In this document: positions 24,318-32,713 of the stretch, piece by piece
Layout of the letters: the number at the start of each line of letters is the position of its first letter
Numbering within the stretch: the stretch's first letter is position 1
Origin: an uncultured Pseudomonadales bacterium
GTDB lineage: Bacteria; Patescibacteriota; Microgenomatia; UBA1400; PJMF01
Direction: 5' to 3'
Assembly (NCBI GenBank): GCA_964554155.1
Contig: CAZKNL010000002.1
Location: forward strand, 11,629-57,018
DNA length: 45,390 nt
The notes under the pieces: generated by a model
Told to the model about the DNA's origin: nothing
Seen by the model: the letters and a program-made list of their open reading frames with translations, nothing else
Database searches by the model: none
Program-made: the position numbers and the translations under genes

Positions 24318-26024
24318 TTATTTTTTATGATTATGAGCTAAAAACCACTGGCCTACGACTAAAATTATATACAGTCCAGTTAAGAGACTGACTGTGTTGC
24401 CAATTACCCTTGACCAAGTCCATTGGGTGAAACGAGTTACGATGTTGTACATTCCAGGAGAGAGTTGATAGGCGATCCTACCAGAAATTTCTTTATTCTG
24501 AAGATAGTTGACCATTGTAGATCTTGCAGAATTTTTATTGGTAATGAGTGTTTCCCAGCCAGGAAAAAACATGGTTGGTTCAACAACTGTGACTGGAGTT
24601 ACTGCAACCACTGTGTATTGACGGACCGAACCATTCCATTGTTGGACTGAAGTGCTGCCTTCCCCTTCTAAAATACGTGCCGTTGGTTGCCAGTTGGCAA
24701 ATTCTTGATAGGTGAAATTTTTTGGTAGGTCCTCGTTGCTAGTAGTTGTACTCTGCTCAAAAAGTTCATACTCAACTCTTTCTTTATGCAGATACCCAAC
24801 TGGAGTTAAACGCCAAACAATTATCAGTTGAATGCCTAAAGCAAGAGTAATGGCAATTCTTTGCCAACGAATGTTTTGTTGAACTACCCATGCCACCAAA
24901 GCAGAGCTGGTTAATGTTGCGAACAGTCCTAACCGCCATGGAAATTGAATGAATCTGGCTAGGGGAATAAGTTGCCAAATTGACGATGTCCCGCTGAGTT
25001 GAAAGATCAACAAACCAATGGTCACCACTAACATCACCCAAAAAAATTGATTGAATGTTTTGCTCATTTGTTTTTGTTGAAGTCCAACTCCTGCAAAAGC
25101 CCACCCAATTGCACAGAACAAAGCTACCCACTCAGCAAAACCAAAGGCAAAAGATAATGAATCAACTGCTCCAAGATAGGAAAAACCGAACTGGAGTGGA
25201 CTAGCCAGTAGTTGCTGAAGTGTTGGAAAATGTTGCAGATATTGTTGAGCGAGTGAACTTCCGCTAATAATAATTGCAGATTGTTCGGCCAGTGCAGGCA
25301 GCCAGAACCATAAACTTAACCCTATACCAAGGGCGGTAGCTCCTCCGACAGAGAGTAGCTGTTCTTTTTTCTGCCACAGTCGCCAAATGCTATATATCAG
25401 TATTAATGGTGTCCCAAATAAAACAGTCACGTTGTGCGAGAGAAAAAAACAGCCAACTAGAACTCCACCAATTACAGTCATGGGTGAAAGCAGACCTGTT
25501 TTTTGATTCCGTAACTTTTCTACCCAGAGCAACCACCAACTCAAACACGCTAATCCTAAAACTTCACCAATGCTGCCACGATAGATGACTGTTTGGACAA
25601 GGTAAGGTGAAACAATAATGCTCGTTACTGCAGCAATTTTTGCCCAGGTACCCATTCCTAATTGGGTCAACCACATCCAAAAACCGACTACAAGTGCAAC
25701 TACCGCTGCTGACATAATGAACTTAAACGTGAACTCATACGAAATTTTGATCAGTGAGAAAGGAACTGATAAAATATTTGGCAGTGGATAGTTATAGTTA
25801 AACACAGGATAGCCATAGCGATGAAAAAGATTTGGAGCAAAACGAGGTGGCCACTGCCCTTCTTTTAAAGCAATTTTATAGTTAGCGAAGCGAGCGAGGT
25901 GATTTTCTCCATCATGAGTAATCGGCACACCTTGATGAATATAAACGCGCAAAACACTCAGTGAGAGTACAGTACAGAACAAAATTAAGCAAAATAATGA
26001 AAAAGCTGAACGGAGTTTAATCAT
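24318..26024 (-). CDS. Polytopic membrane protein, PTPS-related/COG5617-like (putative GT-C-type enzyme)
   Basis: THDGENHLARFANYKIALKEGQWPPRF ... GYPVFNYNYPLP near the N-terminus, then IQFPWRL mid-protein, then a C-terminal beta-domain with FFPGWETL. It is a paralog of 44060..45390. Confidence 0.5.
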   Translation of the reverse strand: MIKLRSAFSLFCLILFCTVLSLSVLRVYIHQGVPITHDGENHLARFANYKIALKEGQWPPRFAPNLFHRYGYPVFNYNYPLPNILSVPFSLIKISYEFTFKFIMSAAVVALVVGFWMWLTQLGMGTWAKIAAVTSIIVSPYLVQTVIYRGSIGEVLGLACLSWWLLWVEKLRNQKTGLLSPMTVIGGVLVGCFFLSHNVTVLFGTPLILIYSIWRLWQKKEQLLSVGGATALGIGLSLWFWLPALAEQSAIIISGSSLAQQYLQHFPTLQQLLASPLQFGFSYLGAVDSLSFAFGFAEWVALFCAIGWAFAGVGLQQKQMSKTFNQFFWVMLVVTIGLLIFQLSGTSSIWQLIPLARFIQFPWRLGLFATLTSSALVAWVVQQNIRWQRIAITLALGIQLIIVWRLTPVGYLHKERVEYELFEQSTTTSNEDLPKNFTYQEFANWQPTARILEGEGSTSVQQWNGSVRQYTVVAVTPVTVVEPTMFFPGWETLITNKNSARSTMVNYLQNKEISGRIAYQLSPGMYNIVTRFTQWTWSRVIGNTVSLLTGLYIILVVGQWFLAHNHKK

Positions 26025-27130
26025 GTTTGGTGAAGAACTTGTTTATAGACTGCTGCAGTTTGGGCAGCGACTTTGGTCCAACTAAATGTTTGACTCCAAA
26101 TATAGGCAGCTTTGAGTACTCCTTGTCGATGGGGTTTTGACCAATTCAAGATTTTCTGAACTGCTTCGCCAAACGACTCTGCCTGTGGTTCTACCAAAAC
26201 TGCATGATCTCCACTGACCTCGATGATTGATGAGTTATGTGCAGCAATCACGGGAGTTCTTGCTTGCATCGCCTCCAAAATAGGCAAACCGAATCCTTCA
26301 TATAAAGATGGTTGAACGTAGGCAATCGCTCCTGAATACAGTGCTGATAATGCTTGAGTATCGTTGACATCAATATCAATTACAAAGTGAACACGCTTCG
26401 CAACATCACTTAGTGCTACTTGGGTTTCAATCCACTTCCATTCCGGAATATCTTGGGGATAAAAGTTTTTACCGACACAAATAAGATGGATATTGTCTGG
26501 AATAAACTTCAACGTTTTAATCAGTTGGGAAATGTTCTTATTATAGTTAATGTCACCGACATACAATATGTACTGTCTCGGTAGTTTTTTAGTTCGGAGA
26601 ACTTCTTTTTGAGTATCCTCTGTTTGTGTAGAAATTAAAGTTGATGCTGCTAAATGAATAACATGAACTTTATCTGTGTTTAGTTTAAGTAATTGAAGAA
26701 TATCTTCTTTAGCAGAGTTTGAGTCAGTAATGACTGCCTCGACACTTTTTAAAGCTAATGCTTGTTTGTAAAAACGGAGCAAACCCTTCTTACCAGGTTT
26801 GTAATAGTGAGGGAACTTTAAAGGAATAAGATCATGGATTGTGACTACCGTTTTAAATTTTCGAAAAAGTGGTAAAGTGTCAAAAAAAAGATCAAAAAAG
26901 GGATAGTGAACAACTGTTGAGTTCTGGTCTAGAGGTGGTGATGATCTTAAGATATTTTGCAGATCTTTTTTACTCTCAATAGGAAGAACTCTTAACTCAT
27001 CTTGCTGCTCCAACGCTTCTTTGAGCAGCCGTGTATAGGTGCCAATACCACGAATTTGACTACCAGTTTGGAGTGGTGAAGTATCAAGTAAAACAGTAAT
27101 CTTGCCTTGTTTAGTATTAAGATTTTGCAT
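26021..27130 (-). CDS. GT4-family (GT-B) glycosyltransferase
   Basis: YVGDINYNKN ... VQPSLYEGFGLPILEAMQARTPVIAAHNSSIIEVSGD. I prefer the ATG at 27130 to the GTG at 27139. Confidence 0.85.
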   Translation of the reverse strand: MQNLNTKQGKITVLLDTSPLQTGSQIRGIGTYTRLLKEALEQQDELRVLPIESKKDLQNILRSSPPLDQNSTVVHYPFFDLFFDTLPLFRKFKTVVTIHDLIPLKFPHYYKPGKKGLLRFYKQALALKSVEAVITDSNSAKEDILQLLKLNTDKVHVIHLAASTLISTQTEDTQKEVLRTKKLPRQYILYVGDINYNKNISQLIKTLKFIPDNIHLICVGKNFYPQDIPEWKWIETQVALSDVAKRVHFVIDIDVNDTQALSALYSGAIAYVQPSLYEGFGLPILEAMQARTPVIAAHNSSIIEVSGDHAVLVEPQAESFGEAVQKILNWSKPHRQGVLKAAYIWSQTFSWTKVAAQTAAVYKQVLHQT

Positions 27131-27890
27131 AACGTTCACAAAACTTCAGATATATGACAGGATAATGAAGTCCACTACAGACTGCAAATAAAAAACCGGC
27201 TGTTCCGTCAACTAATCCTTTGTGTCGAATGTATAACGAAAAAAAGAGAGTCAATGGTTCCCATATAAAGTATTGAAGAGCCATTCCTAAACTAGGTTGC
27301 CTGTGTTGCTGGTATAAATGTTCAGCTGAGAAACTGGTGTAGGTATTAAACTTTCGCAGATAATCAGCAAAGGTCGGATTACTGTAGTGCAGTAAATGAC
27401 CATCAGCCCAATCGAGCTCACCATCAACAACCATTTGCTCATGCACATCTTTTTGAGGTAAATGTGATTTACCCTTTTGATACAGGCGAATTACCGGGTC
27501 AGGATACTGACCTCCTTTTGTCAGAAATCGGCCAAAAAATAAATTTTTTCTTTTAATCCACCATCCTGCTGGAAGCACTTCTTTCCGTAAAATGCGTTGA
27601 TGTGTTTCGATAATAAATTGACGGAGCTTGTCATCAACTACTTCATCAGCATCCAGTTGCAGGACTAAGTCGCCCTGTGCTTTATCCATAGCTATTTGCT
27701 TATTAATATGAAAGTTGGCTTTATTGGTTGTGGAGACAACTGCAGTTGTAAACTGTTTTGCTAGTTTGACTGTGTCATCAGTTGATTCACCATCAACCAC
27801 AATAATCTGATCAGCCCAATCTTTTACGGCAGCTAAACAGCGTCTGATATTTTTGGCTTCATTGTGGGTAGCAAGAACAACAGAAATCAT
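27117..27890 (-). CDS. GT2 glycosyltransferase, WaaE/KdtX-like small subgroup (paralog A)
   Basis: ISVVLATHNEAKNIRRCLAAVKDWADQIIVVDGESTDDTVKLA ... LQLDADE ... KGGQYPDPVIRLY ... HKGLVDGTAGF. I prefer the ATG at 27890 to the TTG at 27908. Confidence 0.8.
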   Translation of the reverse strand: MISVVLATHNEAKNIRRCLAAVKDWADQIIVVDGESTDDTVKLAKQFTTAVVSTTNKANFHINKQIAMDKAQGDLVLQLDADEVVDDKLRQFIIETHQRILRKEVLPAGWWIKRKNLFFGRFLTKGGQYPDPVIRLYQKGKSHLPQKDVHEQMVVDGELDWADGHLLHYSNPTFADYLRKFNTYTSFSAEHLYQQHRQPSLGMALQYFIWEPLTLFFSLYIRHKGLVDGTAGFLFAVCSGLHYPVIYLKFCERYAKS

Positions 27891-27894
27891 AAAG

Positions 27895-29547
27895 TTAGGG
27901 TTGATCAATCAACCAGTTATTAAAAGTTGGGTTCCACTCAATTAAATGTTTATCTTCAGAGACTCGATCTTCACGGTGGGCGATAAAACGATATTGACCT
28001 ACTCGATACCCATACTTTAGTCCTATTCTATCAGGCAAATGATGGTTGATTGTTTGGAAGAATGTTGTTGGTGGCATTTTCAGGTACCAAGCAACTGAAA
28101 CATATAAAAAGCCGTTTGGGTCGACAATTGCAGCTTGGTCTTGATTGTTATTCGTCGTTTTTTCCACACTTTGCAGAGCTGGAAGTAGACCAGCTTGCAA
28201 AATCTCTGCGCTTTGTTTTGGGTAACGAGTAAAGTAACTAAAGTAGTAGCGATGAATCTCTAGATACAAGCCAATACTTAATAACAAAATAAAGAAAATT
28301 TGGGCAGTAGTTCTCTGAGTAGTTCTGAGTGAAACTTCCTGCCAAATATACTGAATGCCTAAACCACTAAACAGACAAATCAAAAAGAAGAAGAAAAGAC
28401 TCCGAGTGGCATGAGGAGCATCAACGGTAATCACTGCCGGGATGAGTGAAGTAACGAACAAGAATAAAATTGCTTGATATTGCTTGCGCGTTTGTTCTAA
28501 GGATCGTTTGGAGAATGCTTTCCAAATAGATCTCAAAATGCCAACGATGAATAATAGGTAGGTGGCTAAAAATAAGTGACCATAACCTGGAAGGGTATGC
28601 CATGGGTGTTGCCCTCCGCGCCAGACTAAAAATTGTGGTGAGAGTGACTGAACATATCGAGTAGCAACTTCTCTGCCAAAAAAAACAAACCTGTTCCCAA
28701 TCAGTTTTTGAGTTACTCCTGTGAATGAATTGTGGTAGTTCACAGATTGCTGCCAAAGTGTTTCATCAGTAAAGATGGTGATACCACTTTTCTGATGGTT
28801 GATTGAAGAAAATAAAACAATACCCGACAGGAAAAGCAACGATAAACTCACAACTGGAAAACTATATCTTCGCCAGTTTTTAATACCGCGTTGGAGGATC
28901 ATTGCCATAACTAAAAATGGTAGAAGTAACAATGGAGTGTTATAGCTAAAAATAGCGAGAACTAACAACAAAAGACTACCAATATCAAGCAACAGATATT
29001 GACGAAAAGAAAGTCTGGCTTTCTTCCCTGCATAGAAGAGAAGGAGCAGAGCACCGACAAAAAACCCCAGACCCACATTTGCCTCCCAAGCCATCCGCGA
29101 ATAAAAAAAGAAGATGGGTTGAAAAGCTATGGTTGCGGCGACCCATAAAGAAGCTCCTTTTCCTAATCCCAAAACCTTCCGTGCGCATAAAAATCCTAGA
29201 AGCACGAGGACTATTCCGGCAATTGCAGAAGGGAGCCGGACGACAAAGTCGTTGTAGCCAAATAGCTTAAAAAATCCAACCAGCAAAAAAGGATATCCAG
29301 GCAATTTATAGTCTCCAAATGACTCGAGTGTAATTGGCCAGGTCCTTCCCCACTCATCTTTGCCTGTCTGATTCAATAGAAAAGCGTTGTATGCCAATGC
29401 AGCTTCATCACGGTTTAAAGTTGTTGGCAATGTTGCCAAGTGATGAAGTCGCAGTATGGTAGCTATAAATATAACTAGAATTAGAACTATTCCAGTAAAG
29501 ATTGAGCGAGAAAACGGAGTGCGTTGAGTTAAGTGAATTTTTTTCAT
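27895..29547 (-). CDS. GT-C-fold membrane glycosyltransferase, ArnT/PMT-like (array member 1)
   Basis: LNRDEAALAYNAF ... FGDYKLPGYPF ... VVRLPSAIAG ... DAPHATRSL, with a soluble C-terminal domain. There is an ATGA overlap with the upstream paralog. Confidence 0.75.
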   Translation of the reverse strand: MKKIHLTQRTPFSRSIFTGIVLILVIFIATILRLHHLATLPTTLNRDEAALAYNAFLLNQTGKDEWGRTWPITLESFGDYKLPGYPFLLVGFFKLFGYNDFVVRLPSAIAGIVLVLLGFLCARKVLGLGKGASLWVAATIAFQPIFFFYSRMAWEANVGLGFFVGALLLLFYAGKKARLSFRQYLLLDIGSLLLLVLAIFSYNTPLLLLPFLVMAMILQRGIKNWRRYSFPVVSLSLLFLSGIVLFSSINHQKSGITIFTDETLWQQSVNYHNSFTGVTQKLIGNRFVFFGREVATRYVQSLSPQFLVWRGGQHPWHTLPGYGHLFLATYLLFIVGILRSIWKAFSKRSLEQTRKQYQAILFLFVTSLIPAVITVDAPHATRSLFFFFLICLFSGLGIQYIWQEVSLRTTQRTTAQIFFILLLSIGLYLEIHRYYFSYFTRYPKQSAEILQAGLLPALQSVEKTTNNNQDQAAIVDPNGFLYVSVAWYLKMPPTTFFQTINHHLPDRIGLKYGYRVGQYRFIAHREDRVSEDKHLIEWNPTFNNWLIDQP

Positions 29548-31331
29548 CGAGTAAAAGTAGCTATAGCAAGTTTATTACTCCAAACCTCATCATGAATATA
29601 CTGAATGTTACATCTATAACTATTGGGTAAGGGGCAGCTTTTCGCAAAGAGTGTGTTTTCGCCAACTACTAGAGTACAAGAAGATCCTTCTGGTGGAGAG
29701 CAATACTGCTCAATTGATTTTGTTTCCCCAGCTACGATAAATGACTGCCCTTCTGTGAATTTTTTTGCCAACTTGGACTGATCAACTCCACCGAACTCAA
29801 TCCTTGCAAAGTTCTTGTCGATCCGATCAGTCTGAAATTTGTAGTTTTCAGACGGCCAGCCCTGAAATTCTTTGGCAGAGTATGGTCCATACGCCATTAA
29901 CCACAGATAAAAGCGGTCATCAAAAGGCTGAATTACGATTGTTTGGCCATCTTTTGCCAGTTGAGTGATTTTTTGTGCCAGGGGTTTATAGCCACTTTGC
30001 CAGTCATTGGCGGAAAGTTTTGGGTAAACCTGAGTGTAGAACCACCAAAAGTGTAGAAAAGAGCCAGCGTAGAGCAGGACAATGATCAGTTGGAGCTTAT
30101 ATCTCGATAGCCATATCCACCACCAGGTTGTTCCAAAACCAATAATCATGCTTAAGGGAATCAGTGCATTTAATGAACGGAGTGCATGTGGAGTATTTTC
30201 AGGTACAGAAGCTGGTAGTAACGCAATGAACCACCAACCAATCAAAAAAAGTCCGAGTGATGGATGTCTTTTTAGCAAAACAATCAGACCAACTATAAAT
30301 GCTGGAACAAAAGCCAGTAAAAATAATCCAAACTGGCCAGTTCCGTGACGGAGGTTTGGATCTCCATTCACAAATAAAAATGAGCCGGATAAGTTATCAC
30401 TATAGTTCTTTGCTAACTCTCTAAACATCAACCAATACCGATGATAAAAGACTCGGTCGATGAATGTATTCCCAGCTAACTGACGATAGACATTACTTTG
30501 TATGGCTAGTTTTTCATTATTTAAGACTGAGTCAGTCCCTAGCCGGAAACGGTCAGCGTCTTTGGCCAGAGGTGAGCGTAAGAGCGGAATCAACACAATC
30601 ACAAATACTAAGGAACCTGCTAACGAATGGATTAAAGCTTGCCAGGGAAACTGGAGTTTTTTCCATGAAAATAGTAGCTGTTGTCTGCAAATAGCCAACC
30701 CAGATACACCTAAATAAACAAATGGCCACACAAATCTGACCGAAAAATAGGTGTAGGTTGCCAGCGAGCCAATCAAACCAGCCAATAAAAAGAATCTGAG
30801 CTCCTTTTTGTACAGGCCCCAAGCAGTTGCGAGCATCGAAGCTCCAAATAAGGCTTGAGCAAGATGCCCTTCAAAAGCTGTTCGTGAGAACATAACTGAC
30901 CAAGGAGTGATTGCTACCACAACCATTGTCAGGAGTTGTGCTAACTCCAAAAATTTTTGGCGGTAGGGTGTTTTTGTTCCAATCTGGAGTAACACTCTTA
31001 TTAATGCGCCAGCAATTATCACCGTGAACACTCCAGCCAAGGCAGATGGCAGTCTTAATCCAAATTCGCTCAAGCCGAAGACTTTACAACTGACTGCAGC
31101 TGCCCAGATATAAACTGGCAACTTGTAGTCTCCGTATGAAGGATAGATCAGTTGATACCAGGGTAGATTGTGCATATCTCTACCTGTTGCCAAAACAGAC
31201 TTGATATCTACCAACATGGCTGCTTCATCCCAATAGACTGAAACAGGAAATCTACCTAATTGCCAGATACGGAGTACTCCAGCCAAAAAAACAACCAAAA
31301 TAAAAAAGATCCAAAACCAACGACGTGGCAT
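29544..31331 (-). CDS. GT-C-fold membrane glycosyltransferase, ArnT/PMT-like (array member 2)
   Basis: VYWDEAAMLVD ... YGDYKLPVYIW ... GLRLPSALAG ... VNGDPNLRHGTGQFG ... NTPHALRSL ... NDWQSGYK, with a C-terminal domain of about 150 aa containing five Cys. Confidence 0.75.
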   Translation of the reverse strand: MPRRWFWIFFILVVFLAGVLRIWQLGRFPVSVYWDEAAMLVDIKSVLATGRDMHNLPWYQLIYPSYGDYKLPVYIWAAAVSCKVFGLSEFGLRLPSALAGVFTVIIAGALIRVLLQIGTKTPYRQKFLELAQLLTMVVVAITPWSVMFSRTAFEGHLAQALFGASMLATAWGLYKKELRFFLLAGLIGSLATYTYFSVRFVWPFVYLGVSGLAICRQQLLFSWKKLQFPWQALIHSLAGSLVFVIVLIPLLRSPLAKDADRFRLGTDSVLNNEKLAIQSNVYRQLAGNTFIDRVFYHRYWLMFRELAKNYSDNLSGSFLFVNGDPNLRHGTGQFGLFLLAFVPAFIVGLIVLLKRHPSLGLFLIGWWFIALLPASVPENTPHALRSLNALIPLSMIIGFGTTWWWIWLSRYKLQLIIVLLYAGSFLHFWWFYTQVYPKLSANDWQSGYKPLAQKITQLAKDGQTIVIQPFDDRFYLWLMAYGPYSAKEFQGWPSENYKFQTDRIDKNFARIEFGGVDQSKLAKKFTEGQSFIVAGETKSIEQYCSPPEGSSCTLVVGENTLFAKSCPLPNSYRCNIQYIHDEVWSNKLAIATFTR

Positions 31332-31357
31332 ACAGATGATGATATCATCATCTGTAT
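31330..31357. promoter_or_regulatory. Perfect 28-nt palindrome filling the divergent intergenic gap; contains two overlapping, oppositely oriented extended -10-like elements (TGATATCAT)
   Basis: ATACAGATGATGAT|ATCATCATCTGTAT is its own reverse complement, which I checked base by base. It abuts ATG 31331 on the minus strand and ATG 31358 on the plus strand. TGATATCAT lies 7 nt from the minus ATG and 9 nt from the plus ATG. Confidence 0.5.
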
Positions 31358-32713
31358 ATGAAAAAGTTGACGACTTCAGTTACTCCTTTGAAGTGGAAAT
31401 TGCTTATTGTTTTGTTCATTTTTTCGCGGATCTTAATTTGGTTCACTCCTCCACCAGAATTTACTGAGATTATTTATAGTTACATGCCCTATGCTCATTT
31501 GTGGGCCAGTGGCACACGTCCTTATCTTGATCAATGGTTCGAGTATCCGCCAGCCACTATTCCATTGTTTTATGTCCCTCATATGATTGACATGACTACT
31601 CGCTATTGGCCGATTCATTTGAATTATTCAAACGCATATCGAGGAATACTTTTAATTATTGATGCACTTTTATTTACGGGGATTATTTTGACATTGAAGA
31701 AAAGGAAAGTTACTGGTCGTTTGTTTTGGGTGGCAGTTGGTATGTATCTGTTTTTAACAACTAAAGCTCATCACTTTATTTATGACACTATGGACCTAAG
31801 CTTTGCAGCAGCAATGGTATTCGGTGTAATTGGGCCATTACTACTGACTGGGTTCAAAGGAAAGTTTAGTCAGTGGTTTGGTTTTTTCTTAGCCACCGCA
31901 TTGAAGTATGTAAATGCACCACTAGCTGTTATCTATGCTGTGATTGATCGACGGCAAATCATCCGATCGGCAATAGCAGGAGCCTTAGCACTTGCAGTTG
32001 TTTGGTTGGTCCCAGTGGTTCTCTATCGTTCTTCTCTGCAAGTCAGCCTGGTCTATCAACAGTTACGAGGTATTCAAATCGATACAGCGACCTCGATCAT
32101 TTTGCGAACTATAAACGTTTTTACCAAGAGTGAAAAAGTCATTGAAGTCTACAAAAACTATGAAATTGCAGGACCTCTGACAAACCAGGCCAAAAGAATT
32201 CTTTCTTTTGCTTTCCCAGCTGCAATTGGAGTGTTTCTTTTGGGTTCAACTATTTTTATTCTACGTTCTCCAGTGGAAACAACAGACAACCGTTTTGTAT
32301 TGGCAAGTCACTTCACTCTCGGATACATATTAGTTTTCATGATCTTCGCTAAAGTGTTATCGACACCATTTCTGTTATGGCACTTACCATTTTTAGCAAT
32401 TTATCCATTTACTAGTGTAAAGCGTCAAGCACAGTATGCAGTCTTATCATTTTTAGTTATTTTTAGTTCAATGACCAAAGTTTCAAATATGGAAATTCTT
32501 ATTTTTCCTTTGCCATTAATTATCGGTTGGGTGCGAACACTCAGTTTCATGGCAATGTTAGTGATTTGGTTACGGGATACTAGTAATTTACAGGGAAAAT
32601 TAATTGCCGAAGTTAATTACGAACCTCAGCCAGAACCCACACTACCTGCCCACGGAGGTCCTTCACCTCGCCGATCTTCTCGACAAAAGAAAATTGTTTC
32701 TGCAGCTGTTTAA
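31358..32713 (+). CDS. Polytopic membrane protein, GT87/DUF2029-like (putative polyprenyl-P-sugar dependent glycosyltransferase)
   Basis: 451 aa with about 11 TM helices. The loop motif RPYLDQWFEYPPATIPLFYVP resembles the Y/F-x-YPP motif of GT87 proteins. The last 33 codons or so overlap the convergent gene and encode a low-complexity P/S/R tail. Confidence 0.45.
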   Translation: MKKLTTSVTPLKWKLLIVLFIFSRILIWFTPPPEFTEIIYSYMPYAHLWASGTRPYLDQWFEYPPATIPLFYVPHMIDMTTRYWPIHLNYSNAYRGILLIIDALLFTGIILTLKKRKVTGRLFWVAVGMYLFLTTKAHHFIYDTMDLSFAAAMVFGVIGPLLLTGFKGKFSQWFGFFLATALKYVNAPLAVIYAVIDRRQIIRSAIAGALALAVVWLVPVVLYRSSLQVSLVYQQLRGIQIDTATSIILRTINVFTKSEKVIEVYKNYEIAGPLTNQAKRILSFAFPAAIGVFLLGSTIFILRSPVETTDNRFVLASHFTLGYILVFMIFAKVLSTPFLLWHLPFLAIYPFTSVKRQAQYAVLSFLVIFSSMTKVSNMEILIFPLPLIIGWVRTLSFMAMLVIWLRDTSNLQGKLIAEVNYEPQPEPTLPAHGGPSPRRSSRQKKIVSAAV

